A stretch of DNA of 45,748 nt, from IMG/VR virus record IMGVR_UViG_3300045988_020540. One strand, given 5' to 3'. Both the position numbers and the translations under genes were made by a program. Below the pieces are notes generated by a model, which saw only the letters and a program-made list of their open reading frames with translations, made no database searches and had not been told where the DNA came from. The DNA is from a virus. Shown in pieces: positions 26,768 to 35,375 of this stretch. How positions within the stretch are numbered: position 1 is the first letter of the stretch; every line of letters begins with the position of its first letter.

Positions 26768-27733
26768 TTAATCTTTGTGTTTCTTCGGAGTGAAACGGTA
26801 CTCAGGCTTTTCAGTCTCAGTCATGTACTTATCAAGCACACCGTCTTTCTCCATTGCTTCCGTATCGAAGTCCTGTTTCTTCTTCATGCTAACAGTCGTG
26901 ATAAAATCATAACTGCCGCCTGTAATCGTAACAGTCTTGTCACCCGGCTTGAACTGACTCATACTTGCTTCCTTAATCAGTTCTTTCAGCTTTTTCAGAC
27001 GCTTTTCATCGTTAGCTACGGTTGCATTAACCTCTTCGATATGAAGCATGAGTCCTTCGGCTTCCTTTACCATTGCGTCCAGATCGGAGTCAGGGGAGAG
27101 GTTGTTATCTCTTAGCACTTTCAGAATGTCAGCGTCAGCCTTTTCATCGTACTTCGGAGATACACCACCTTCCACATGAGTTTTCCACCACTTCTTAACC
27201 TGCGTGATCGTTTTCTTCATGTTCGGGTATCTCTCAGACACCTTGAACGGACGAACGAAAGTGTTCTCAGCTTTGCACTCATACGCTTCCGGGTCATCGT
27301 AGTCCTTCTCATCCAGAACCGAACACACCATGATTACGTCATCCACTCCAAGCAGGTAGGCATAAAGTGCAGCCTGTAAAGCATAATACTCAGGCACATC
27401 TTCCACCCAGTCCTCAGACCTCTTTGTGGTTTTCATTTCCAGTACCGTTTGTGGCTTACCTTCCTTGTCCACAAGCAGGTAGTCCCACATACCGCCGAAG
27501 ATTGGCGTATCACGGAAGAAATCTCCCCACGTTTTCTTGAAATAATCTTCACCGTACACATCTGTAGGGGTAATCAGATTGCTCATGAAGTATGCAGTTT
27601 TCATGTACTCTGCCTGCTTCGGCTCAATCGTCTTACCTGCGATAGTGTAGATCGTGTCCTCAAACGGTTCTTCATAGGTTCTAGTGATTGCACACCACGC
27701 ATTGAACGGGCTTGTCCATTTATTCAGACCCAT
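26768..27733 (-). CDS. YqaJ / lambda-Exo-like PD-(D/E)XK recombination exonuclease; true N-terminus probably upstream of 27733
   Basis: GGMWDYL...LEMKTTK (D...ExK) and YYALQAALYAYL motifs. The in-frame peptide upstream of the first ATG (KITGTRFAAI-MGLNKWTSPF) looks like the conserved start of the YqaJ domain. Confidence 0.7.
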   Translation of the reverse strand: MGLNKWTSPFNAWCAITRTYEEPFEDTIYTIAGKTIEPKQAEYMKTAYFMSNLITPTDVYGEDYFKKTWGDFFRDTPIFGGMWDYLLVDKEGKPQTVLEMKTTKRSEDWVEDVPEYYALQAALYAYLLGVDDVIMVCSVLDEKDYDDPEAYECKAENTFVRPFKVSERYPNMKKTITQVKKWWKTHVEGGVSPKYDEKADADILKVLRDNNLSPDSDLDAMVKEAEGLMLHIEEVNATVANDEKRLKKLKELIKEASMSQFKPGDKTVTITGGSYDFITTVSMKKKQDFDTEAMEKDGVLDKYMTETEKPEYRFTPKKHKD

Positions 27734-27803
27734 GATAGCTGCAAATCGTGTACCTGTGATCTTCTTCGGTTTCGCAGGCGGTGTAATCGTGATGGTTTTA
27801 TCA

Positions 27804-28382
27804 TCATTCCATTTTATCTTTCTTACCTCCTATAAACAGAAATCTTGTATCTACTTCTACAGCCAAAGCCGTAGTTACCGGGTTCTTGTCCTCTTCAATC
27901 AGCGAAGTCAAATCAAATCCCAGACCTGTCAGATATTCCATTGCCAGTTTCGCATTTTTCATATTTTGAACATTTGCAATCACATTAGCGTAATTACTCT
28001 TGATGCCTGAAATCAAATCATTCTTTCGGGCAATGATTGACTTAACCAGAGGTGTTCGCTTATCCTCAAATTCTTTGAGTAAGCCGTCACGAATTTCATA
28101 CTTTGAAATCAGATTATTCAATTTGTATGTAACTGATCCATAGTACCCTCCACTGATATCAGCATCAGGATAGGACGCTTTGACCTTTGCCTTGAAAGCA
28201 TCTACTTTATCAGATGCCTGTTTCATAAGATTGGCAATTTCAGATGCAGTTTCTTCAAGTTCAATTTTTGTGTTTCTATCCGTATAATATGTGTTAAGAG
28301 TATCAGTAGCCTGACTACAAACCTCTCCAATAGCTTCTTCTCTTTTCGCTTCCAACCACTTAATGAGTTGTCTTTTCGTCAT
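27804..28382 (-). CDS. Hypothetical helical protein
   Basis: I prefer the start at 28382 (MTKRQL) because of the AAGGAAGGAG RBS. The track ORF begins at 28427. Confidence 0.6.
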   Translation of the reverse strand: MTKRQLIKWLEAKREEAIGEVCSQATDTLNTYYTDRNTKIELEETASEIANLMKQASDKVDAFKAKVKASYPDADISGGYYGSVTYKLNNLISKYEIRDGLLKEFEDKRTPLVKSIIARKNDLISGIKSNYANVIANVQNMKNAKLAMEYLTGLGFDLTSLIEEDKNPVTTALAVEVDTRFLFIGGKKDKME

Positions 28383-28398
28383 CCCTGTGACTCCTTCC

Positions 28399-28521
28399 TT
28401 ACATATACTGCTTCCACAGCTTTGCAAAAGTGCTTCTGCCGTCCCCGCCTTTCTTATTCAGACGGGTATATCCGGCACGTTTCATATTCGCTCTTGCGAT
28501 CATTCTCTTAAATTTCCTCAT
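28399..28521 (-). CDS. Very basic 40 aa peptide, not in the ORF track
   Basis: My translation is MRKFKRMIARANMKRAGYTRLNKKGGDGRSTFAKLWKQYM. It overlaps the 3' end of the upstream gene. Confidence 0.3.
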   Translation of the reverse strand: MRKFKRMIARANMKRAGYTRLNKKGGDGRSTFAKLWKQYM

Positions 28522-28801
28522 TACTTCTGCCCTCCATGTAACGGGGTTCGCTTTCCCCGATTGTTCTACAGTCAATCAGTTCCTTAATTTGTCCATCCAA
28601 CTCTACGGCTTTATTCAGATACCAGATTGCTTTCTGAATATCTTCCAGACCGTTCTTCCGTCTGTGACGGTAGATATACTTCAAGGCATTGCACAAACAG
28701 AAATCCTTCGTTGCCTGTACGCCCTGAGTCTCTACCATCACGTCAATGCACTCAAACTTCCCTGTTTCGTAGTGGGATGGATGATTCACATTGTCTGACA
28801 T
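28508..28801 (-). CDS. DUF3310-like phage protein
   Basis: The N-terminal NHPSHY...ECID motif and the RHRRKNGLEDIQKAIWYL region are typical of this family, from memory. Confidence 0.55.
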   Translation of the reverse strand: MSDNVNHPSHYETGKFECIDVMVETQGVQATKDFCLCNALKYIYRHRRKNGLEDIQKAIWYLNKAVELDGQIKELIDCRTIGESEPRYMEGRSNEEI

Positions 28802-28804
28802 ACA

Positions 28805-29569
28805 TTAGCCCTCCGTCTTGTAAGCTGCGATCATCTCGCCAAGATTCTTGATAAGCTGCTCACACTGAGAACGTGTTACCTGAGTGAAGCCATTGGTTTT
28901 CATGGCAATCTGCTGAACAAAATCTTCCTGATCCGGGTCTTTCTCCATCAGTTCCTTGCAGGCATTTTTCAGTGCTGCAATCTGCAAGTCATCTGCCTGT
29001 CCCTCAGTGTCTGTCAGAGTTTCCTTTGCTTCCTTACGTTCCGCAGGTGTAGCCGGGGCTTTCTGTTTCTTCTGAGACTTCTTCTCAGTCTTTGCTTTCT
29101 CTGGATTCGGTGCTTCAATCTCCAGTTCTTCCTCTTCCGGTTCAGAACCAAGCGTAGCGTCAATGTCATCCGGTTCAGTGATATCCAGAACTGCCATCCA
29201 GAGATAACGTCTGAGGTATGTAATGGATGAACCAAGTGCCTGCATCGGATTGGTTACTTCCTTACCCGCATTGCTTACGATAGGCTTAACCTCACGGTAC
29301 GGTACACGGAACTCAATAGGTGCTTCCTCAGAGTTGTCAGTGTTGTACACTCTCATGACAGCACCGTTTTCATCGGTGAAGTCAATGTCAGTGGTAAGAC
29401 CCACACGGGCGAAGATTCTGATTGCAGGAGGTACAATATCCTCCAACTCAAAATACTTGAACTCCAAGTGCATATTCTTACCGGACTTCTTAACCTTCTG
29501 GTTAAGGAACTGTAATCTTGCCTTTGCAAGTTTCTGTCTCACGTTCATACCTTCATAAATGTTTGCCAT
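28805..29569 (-). CDS. ERF-family single-strand annealing protein
   Basis: 254 aa. FKYFELEDI and GSSITYLRRYL followed by an acidic stretch match the ERF pattern. Confidence 0.65.
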   Translation of the reverse strand: MANIYEGMNVRQKLAKARLQFLNQKVKKSGKNMHLEFKYFELEDIVPPAIRIFARVGLTTDIDFTDENGAVMRVYNTDNSEEAPIEFRVPYREVKPIVSNAGKEVTNPMQALGSSITYLRRYLWMAVLDITEPDDIDATLGSEPEEEELEIEAPNPEKAKTEKKSQKKQKAPATPAERKEAKETLTDTEGQADDLQIAALKNACKELMEKDPDQEDFVQQIAMKTNGFTQVTRSQCEQLIKNLGEMIAAYKTEG

Positions 29570-29584
29570 TGTTATTGATCCTCC

Positions 29585-29752
29585 TTAATTTCTTGTAAAA
29601 ATGCTCTTGATAATCAGATAGATAACCCAGATTCCCAGTGCCAGTTTCCAAGTGAACAGGAAACCAAAACACATTGCCAGAATCCAGATCAGCAGGGCAG
29701 TAATCAGAAAACTGATTACAAGCCCGATGATAACTCCTAACAGATAAAACAT
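29585..29752 (-). CDS. Small membrane protein (55 aa), not in the ORF track
   Basis: My translation is MFYLLGVIIGLVISFLITALLIWILAMCFGFLFTWKLALGIWVIYLIIKSIFTRN. A GGAGG RBS lies upstream of the ATG at 29752. Confidence 0.5.
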   Translation of the reverse strand: MFYLLGVIIGLVISFLITALLIWILAMCFGFLFTWKLALGIWVIYLIIKSIFTRN

Positions 29753-29764
29753 AGCCAATCCTCC

Positions 29765-30469
29765 TTATTCTGCGAATACCCAGTCATCGGCAAGCATATC
29801 TGCCTGAGAAGCAAGCCAACCCATCTGCACACCGGAAGTTCCGACAAAAGCTACCGCCATATTACCGATTGCATCATGCTCACAGTTCACGATATCTCCG
29901 GTAGGTGCTTTGTAAGAGATTCCGCTTGCAAGCTGAATGTACTGCTTCTTGCCGTTCCATCCTTTGCGGGCTACCTTGTGTCCACGTTTCAGATACTTGA
30001 TTGCTTCCCCGAAAGAGAAAGTAGCTTCACCACCCATTGCAGGGCAGTTCTTAGTACTTGCAAGCACCCATTCATCGGAAAGAATGTTCAGAGTGGTGTA
30101 TTCAACTCTCTTAGTCTCACGGATATCCAGTTCTCTGCCGTCCTTCGTGTGCATCACGATAGTTTCCTTTGCAGCATCCCAGTACCAGTAACCGCCCCAA
30201 GACGGAAGTTTTACCGGGTAGCCCTGCTTCATCAGCTTGAACGCTTCCTTGAAATCCATCGGAGTCAGGTTTTCTACAACAACTTCCCAGTCACCTGTAG
30301 CAACCCACATGAGATCATATGGAAAAATCTCTTTTACATCACATTCAAAACCCTCTTCGTCATGGTTCACGATCATACCGTCTTTCTTATACCAGTAAGC
30401 GTTTTCCCACGCTTTCAGTTTGATCTTCTTACCTTCGTCCATAACCTTGCTCACTTCATGAAATTTCAT
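29765..30469 (-). CDS. Protein with three tandem DUF2829 (Tad2-like) modules
   Basis: The C-terminal module FSFGEAIKYLKRGHKVARKGWNGKKQYIQL...GWLASQADMLADDWVFAE fits the DUF2829 pattern well. Two more degenerate modules sit at about aa 1-65 (FHEVSKVMDEGKKIKLKAW...GDWEVV) and aa 70-139 (FKEAFKLMKQGYPVKLPSWGGYWYW...LSDEWVLA). Confidence 0.6.
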   Translation of the reverse strand: MKFHEVSKVMDEGKKIKLKAWENAYWYKKDGMIVNHDEEGFECDVKEIFPYDLMWVATGDWEVVVENLTPMDFKEAFKLMKQGYPVKLPSWGGYWYWDAAKETIVMHTKDGRELDIRETKRVEYTTLNILSDEWVLASTKNCPAMGGEATFSFGEAIKYLKRGHKVARKGWNGKKQYIQLASGISYKAPTGDIVNCEHDAIGNMAVAFVGTSGVQMGWLASQADMLADDWVFAE

Positions 30470-30473
30470 AGTC

Positions 30474-30668
30474 TTAGTCCTCCTTGTTTTCTTCGGTTGT
30501 ACCGAACAGAATCTTTCTTACATTACTTGCGAAAATCGTACTTGTCAGCGGAATGAGCAGTTTTCCCATTCCATCCAGTTTCGGATCACTCACCTGATCG
30601 TGAATAACCTGCTTTACTGCTGCGTCAAACTCTTCTGCTGTTACCATTTTTTTTGCTGAACTTTCCAT
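30474..30668 (-). CDS. Hypothetical protein
   Basis: 64 aa ORF coupled to the polymerase gene. Confidence 0.5.
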   Translation of the reverse strand: MESSAKKMVTAEEFDAAVKQVIHDQVSDPKLDGMGKLLIPLTSTIFASNVRKILFGTTEENKED

Positions 30669-30681
30669 GTTCTTGTCCTCC

Positions 30682-32655
30682 TTAATTGAACAACGCTAAT
30701 GACTTTTTCTTTAGCGAATTTATTTTTCTGGTATTCTTCCGTGGTGCTTTCACACCTAAAAACTTCCGTATCTGTTCCTTTGCCAGTTTGACATACCATT
30801 CTCTGTCCACAACGTCTATGGACAACTCATTATTGTTATCTACTATGCAGTGATCTGGCAGACTGGGAACTTTTGCGTCCTTCCCGGTAGTGGCGTGGGT
30901 CTTATAAATCTTTCCGTAACCTTTATTCTTGCAGGCATACACACGATTGACCTTCTGTACCGGAACTTTCTCACCACCGATTAACTGGTAGCATCCAGAA
31001 TATTTACCTCCGACTTTCGCTATCACCTGAAAATCAAGGATATTATTGCTTGCCGCAATGGTTTCTTCCGGTAGAGTCCCGTTCACAAAATACTCTTTCA
31101 TTGCTGTAGCCACGATGCAGGCATTGTTATTGATATTCCAAGCACCGCCACTCATGTTGTCCCATGCAGGTAAGCCCATTGTCGTGAAATCAATGTTGGC
31201 ATTGGTTAAGATCCCTCTTACCAGATTGCCACCCTTGACCTTCGGTTTGCCGTTACCTACAGGTACTTCTACATAATTGTTCACATCTCTCTGAACGATT
31301 TTCTGAATGAAATCCTCTTCCAGTTCAAAACCTGTTCTGTCCTGCCACTCCTGCGTAATCTCCTGCCATTTTGCTTCGTCAGACTTGTCAAAACTTACCA
31401 TGATACCATCCGTGTTAAGCTGAATGATCTTCAAGGTAGGACACTCTGCTACAAGGTGCATTGACAGTTCCAGAAGAAGTAGCTGCCCGGTGATACATAC
31501 AGAACGTCCCATGAGTGGATCATAGAGATCGTTATAGGAAATTCCGTTTTTACCGTTGAGCATTGCACCGTATGAGGTGTTTGCTACCAGTTTCAGGGCA
31601 TTTGCAGTTTTCTTGTCCCCGGCTTTCTTTGCTTTCATTCTCTCTTCCAACATATCCACGAAAATCTGAGGTGACGGTATGTTCCTGCTACAGAACCCGT
31701 ACTGTTGACCTTCTGAAAGTGGAACAGTCATAAGATGTGGATAGTAACTACCTACGTCCTTGTTTCGGATTGAACGGTTTTCCGTTGCTACCTCTACATA
31801 GTTCGGGATTGCTCCATGAATCCCTCCGTAGGCTATGGTACAAACACAATCACCTATCCTAAATTCAATGCTTGCACCCTTGATTTTCTTACCGTGTTGG
31901 TCGTAACCACCAAACAAGTCAATGTCCGGTACGTTCGGATCATGCAGACGGTCAAAGAAATCAAATATTTCCTGTGGAATATACTGCCGAAGCAGCTTAT
32001 CCGGGTATTGGTAATTTCTTTCATCTGTCCAAGGTTTTTCCGGTTTCTCAGCTTGCAGGTACACGCTTGTCAGTTTGGCATTTGTCATATACATTGCCTT
32101 ACGGTCTGTCAGACCTCTCTTCGCTCCTACAGCAACTTTGTTATCCAGATATCCTTGTCTCAGTTTCCAGAGAATTTCCGTAGCATCTACGTCATATCGG
32201 CAGTAGTATTCAGTCCTTCTTCTCTCACTCTCCGTCAGTGGACGGTCAATGTTGAAGTCAACCCCTGTTTCCTCAATCGGTATTCCAAGGTGTGCTTCAA
32301 TAGCTTTCAGTGAGATTCCGTCCTGACAATCATCTCTCAGGTCAAAGCTGTCAAAGAATACTCTGTACTCTTTCAGTGATGGGATATCCCATCCGCTTAA
32401 CTCTTCTTGAATGATAAGATCATTGACTTTCTTCACCTCTTCTGGTGTAAAGCCACACATGACTGCCTTTAGTATGAAATTATCGTAGTGCTTATTGTTG
32501 AACCCGCCTAAGAACGGGTCACGTTCCATAAATGCTATTACAGCATCGTTGTCATTCCAGATGGAGATGTGTTCGCCTGTGATAACATCTTTGAAATCAA
32601 AGAGCCAGTCATAAGCGAATACCTCACAGTCGAATATGTATGTTCCCTCAACCAT
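30682..32655 (-). CDS. Family B DNA polymerase with 3'-5' exonuclease domain
   Basis: Exo I is FDCEVF, Exo II is NNKHYDNFIL and Exo III is YCRYDVDAT. Pol motif A-like is KDVGSYYPHLM, motif B is KLVANTSYGAM and motif C-like is QLNTDGI. I prefer the start at 32655 (MVEGTY). Confidence 0.8.
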   Translation of the reverse strand: MVEGTYIFDCEVFAYDWLFDFKDVITGEHISIWNDNDAVIAFMERDPFLGGFNNKHYDNFILKAVMCGFTPEEVKKVNDLIIQEELSGWDIPSLKEYRVFFDSFDLRDDCQDGISLKAIEAHLGIPIEETGVDFNIDRPLTESERRRTEYYCRYDVDATEILWKLRQGYLDNKVAVGAKRGLTDRKAMYMTNAKLTSVYLQAEKPEKPWTDERNYQYPDKLLRQYIPQEIFDFFDRLHDPNVPDIDLFGGYDQHGKKIKGASIEFRIGDCVCTIAYGGIHGAIPNYVEVATENRSIRNKDVGSYYPHLMTVPLSEGQQYGFCSRNIPSPQIFVDMLEERMKAKKAGDKKTANALKLVANTSYGAMLNGKNGISYNDLYDPLMGRSVCITGQLLLLELSMHLVAECPTLKIIQLNTDGIMVSFDKSDEAKWQEITQEWQDRTGFELEEDFIQKIVQRDVNNYVEVPVGNGKPKVKGGNLVRGILTNANIDFTTMGLPAWDNMSGGAWNINNNACIVATAMKEYFVNGTLPEETIAASNNILDFQVIAKVGGKYSGCYQLIGGEKVPVQKVNRVYACKNKGYGKIYKTHATTGKDAKVPSLPDHCIVDNNNELSIDVVDREWYVKLAKEQIRKFLGVKAPRKNTRKINSLKKKSLALFN

Positions 32656-32663
32656 GAGATCAC

Positions 32664-32855
32664 CTACCTTAGAGCCTTTTGCACTTGCAGGAGTTCTTGT
32701 CGTGCCTGCACACATCTACGATGGATAGACTCTCTTGAATGTTCTGGTGGAATACATCCCCATTTATCGGGTTCGGCACTCAGACTTTCCTTGACTCCTT
32801 CCATCAGAAGAAGGGCTGTATCAAGGTGTCTTGCACTTTCTTCACTAATCTTCAT
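32664..32855 (-). CDS. Hypothetical protein (63 aa)
   Basis: The start at 32855 (MKISEES) overlaps the stop of the upstream small ORF. The track ORF extends to 32912. Confidence 0.45.
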   Translation of the reverse strand: MKISEESARHLDTALLLMEGVKESLSAEPDKWGCIPPEHSRESIHRRCVQARQELLQVQKALR

Positions 32856-33024
32856 AAGGGTAATCTCCAAACCAATCATTTGCGTAGGAGAATAACACCA
32901 TATAGATTTCACAGATTACACACACGATGAAGGGAATCCATGAATCTGAATCAATAAGACAAGCTGACACAATCCATACAAGGCTAGCCGCCCAAGCTAT
33001 AGCTTTCAAAATTTTATTCTTCAT
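32845..33024 (-). CDS. Small membrane protein (59 aa), not in the ORF track
   Basis: My translation is MKNKILKAIAWAASLVWIVSACLIDSDSWIPFIVCVICEIYMVLFSYANDWFGDYPYED. The RBS GGAAGGAG lies 7 nt upstream of the ATG at 33024. Confidence 0.5.
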   Translation of the reverse strand: MKNKILKAIAWAASLVWIVSACLIDSDSWIPFIVCVICEIYMVLFSYANDWFGDYPYED

Positions 33025-33026
33025 GG

Positions 33027-34418
33027 TTATTCTCCTTCCAAAATCCTACAGTTACATTTTCGGTAACTGGTGCATCGTTTCTTGAACGACTTTTCCAGTG
33101 ACCGGATGAAGTCTACATAATCATAAGCAATCGGTTGTTCCTTCCCTTCAAAGGTTCGTGCGATACGCCCAACACTCTGAACGATCACCGCATAGTCCTT
33201 CTGAGGGGTTGTCAGATATAGCCTGTCCAACCGTGGGATATCAAGCCCCTCTTTTGCCAGTGAGTACGATGCAAACAAGTATCGTTTCTTGCCTGTCCTC
33301 ATGTCCTCAATAGCCTGCTCACGCTCTGCTTTCTTCTTCTTAGTTGTCATGCCGCCATCAATTACAGCAGCTTGTGATTTCAAGTCCGGGGGTAGTCCTT
33401 CATACAGAAGTTTCAGATGATCCACTCTCTCGGAGAGGATCAGGTTGTAATGCTCCCGGTTGCCTACAAGGTCATTCATGATAAGCTGATTCCGGTCTGT
33501 ATGAGAAGTAAGGTAAGTAATCATTTTGCAATAGTTGATCGTTCCATCACTGTTCAGAAACGCAGAATCAAGTTTCACGCCTGTACCTTTCGGCTGTACA
33601 TCTACCGTCATGACTCTGGACTTTACAGTTTCATCCGGGACTGTGTAGATAACGTGTCCCAACATAGCGTATGTAGCCTTTATCAGTCCGTCTGCCCTAT
33701 GGACGGTTGCGGACAATCCATATTTATGTCTTGCCCTGAGTGTGTTCAGCACCTTACTGAACTGGGTTACTGCTGTAGGTGTCCCGGCTACCCGGTGACA
33801 TTCATCTACAATGATACAGTCCCATGTGTCACGGTACTGATCCAAGTCAACCTTGCACATCGTTTGGATGGTTGCAAAGGTCATTGTCTCTCCGATATTG
33901 ACTTTTCCTTCCGTGATAGTCCCCAGAAGTGACTTGTCAATATACTGTGCTGCCCTGTTCTTACTCTGGGTCAGCAGGTCTTTTGTATGGGTAAGCCAAA
34001 GTGTTTTAAGCTGCATGGCACACGCAAGGGCTATGCCGATCTGCGTCTTACCTGACCCGGCAGGTGACTGTAAGATTCCGTAATGATTGATAATCATTGC
34101 CCCTACAGCTTCCTCCTGATAGTCATACAGCGGTACTTTCGCTCCCTTATAATCTACCTTTACTTGTTTGGCAAAGAGTTTCTTCACGTCCCCTTCCAGA
34201 AGCGGGAGGATTGATCGTAAGCACCCAAACGGGATGATTACTGAGTCACCATCAACCTCATACATTACAAGGGTTCTGGGTGTATCTCCCAACCAGAGAT
34301 TCATTCTGGCTTTCTTCTGATATTCCGGGTTCGGTATTTCTAAATGCTTTTTACACCAGTCAACCATGTCCGGTGAAGGGTTCGTGATTCGTAATCGTGA
34401 TCCGATTTCCGTAATCAT
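33027..34418 (-). CDS. SF2 DEAD/DEAH-box type helicase
   Basis: Walker A is SPAGSGKTQIG, the DEAH-like box is IIVDECHRV, and the C-terminal helicase motifs include VQSVGRIAR. Confidence 0.8.
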   Translation of the reverse strand: MITEIGSRLRITNPSPDMVDWCKKHLEIPNPEYQKKARMNLWLGDTPRTLVMYEVDGDSVIIPFGCLRSILPLLEGDVKKLFAKQVKVDYKGAKVPLYDYQEEAVGAMIINHYGILQSPAGSGKTQIGIALACAMQLKTLWLTHTKDLLTQSKNRAAQYIDKSLLGTITEGKVNIGETMTFATIQTMCKVDLDQYRDTWDCIIVDECHRVAGTPTAVTQFSKVLNTLRARHKYGLSATVHRADGLIKATYAMLGHVIYTVPDETVKSRVMTVDVQPKGTGVKLDSAFLNSDGTINYCKMITYLTSHTDRNQLIMNDLVGNREHYNLILSERVDHLKLLYEGLPPDLKSQAAVIDGGMTTKKKKAEREQAIEDMRTGKKRYLFASYSLAKEGLDIPRLDRLYLTTPQKDYAVIVQSVGRIARTFEGKEQPIAYDYVDFIRSLEKSFKKRCTSYRKCNCRILEGE

Positions 34419-34825
34419 TCAAATTCCTCCACCCACTGTCGAAAAGTCTTGTACTGCGGAAATTCCTTTTCAGTGATCGTTCCCTCACCGTAAAGCTGTC
34501 TCAGCATGAGTTCATCAAAAGACACCATGTAAATACGTCCGTCTTTCAGCTTCATAGCAAAGTAACAATGCTCATTCCCTGTCTGCTCCCACAGTGTCAT
34601 TGCACCTTCCTGATTACCTTCAATCCGGGATAACGGGAAGCGGTTGGTTTCACATTCCTTGCAGTCAATCAAGACCGGGATGCCATTCTTAACCGCAATC
34701 ACATCTGCGGGCTGTCCTACCTGATTCTGTGCCATGTTGTGTGCCCAGAAACCATGTAAGGCAAGCAGTTCACAAAACTCTTCCTCAAAGTGGTTTCCAT
34801 TTTTCTTGTTACTGTTGGTGGACAT
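34415..34825 (-). CDS. PD-(D/E)XK Holliday junction resolvase-like nuclease (RecU/Hjc-like)
   Basis: 136 aa. GNHFEEEF and PADVIAVKNGIPVLIDCKEC fit the E...D...(D/E)xK layout. Confidence 0.5.
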   Translation of the reverse strand: MSTNSNKKNGNHFEEEFCELLALHGFWAHNMAQNQVGQPADVIAVKNGIPVLIDCKECETNRFPLSRIEGNQEGAMTLWEQTGNEHCYFAMKLKDGRIYMVSFDELMLRQLYGEGTITEKEFPQYKTFRQWVEEFE

Positions 34826-35373
34826 TACGCTTCCACCATTTGCACCTGACGGTGCAATTTAAGATTCTTCGGATTGAATACACAAGCCGGGGCAACCCCA
34901 CTGCTGTAGTACGCAAAGTCGCCGTCCAGATAACCCGTATTGTACACACCGCGAACGTAGTCACTGTTCCCGGCGTCTGAGATATACCAAGGAGTGCAAG
35001 TCCACATCCACTCAGGAAGCAGCGGAACGTGCTTACGGTACTTTCTGTATTCATCACAACTCAGGATGAAAACTCTATCTGTGACTGTGCCGTAACGGTC
35101 ATCTCCGTTGTCAGCTACCAAGTCAACCTCATGAGGAATAAGATTATCCTCACCCAACACAGGAAGCAGTTCATTGAGCAGCTTTCTACGCAGGCTTGAC
35201 TTTGCGTAGTTGTTGCAACCGTCATCATCGAAGCTGTACTCTTCATTGTTCCAAGCGGAAGTCATAACTGCCAGAACACCGCCATCCACGTTGTTGTCAA
35301 GGACGATCCATTCAAAACCCTTGAAGCCGAAACGCTCACCTGCACTTAATACACCAATGTTTTCTTCTTTCAT
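34825..35373 (-). CDS. Second (remote) DGR target protein, small, with a C-terminal variable region
   Basis: The C-terminus ...SDAGNSDYVRGVYNTGYLDGDFAYYSSGVAPACVF is encoded by VR2 and is homologous to the TR and to the VR1 end of 42051..43196. I prefer the start at 35373 (MKEENIG) because a GGAGG lies 8 nt upstream. Confidence 0.8.
   Translation of the reverse strand: MKEENIGVLSAGERFGFKGFEWIVLDNNVDGGVLAVMTSAWNNEEYSFDDDGCNNYAKSSLRRKLLNELLPVLGEDNLIPHEVDLVADNGDDRYGTVTDRVFILSCDEYRKYRKHVPLLPEWMWTCTPWYISDAGNSDYVRGVYNTGYLDGDFAYYSSGVAPACVFNPKNLKLHRQVQMVEA
34840..34857 (-). promoter_or_regulatory. Hairpin 23 nt downstream of VR2 (candidate DGR target-recognition element)
   Basis: The minus strand reads TTGCACC-GTCA-GGTGCAA, a 7 bp stem with a 4 nt loop. 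It lies inside the last codons of the gene. Confidence 0.6.
34881..34977 (-). repeat. DGR variable repeat 2 (VR2)
   Basis: Gapless alignment to TR 41449..41545. All 17 mismatches fall at plus-strand T of the TR, which is A on the coding strand. Confidence 0.85.
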
Positions 35374-35375
35374 GG

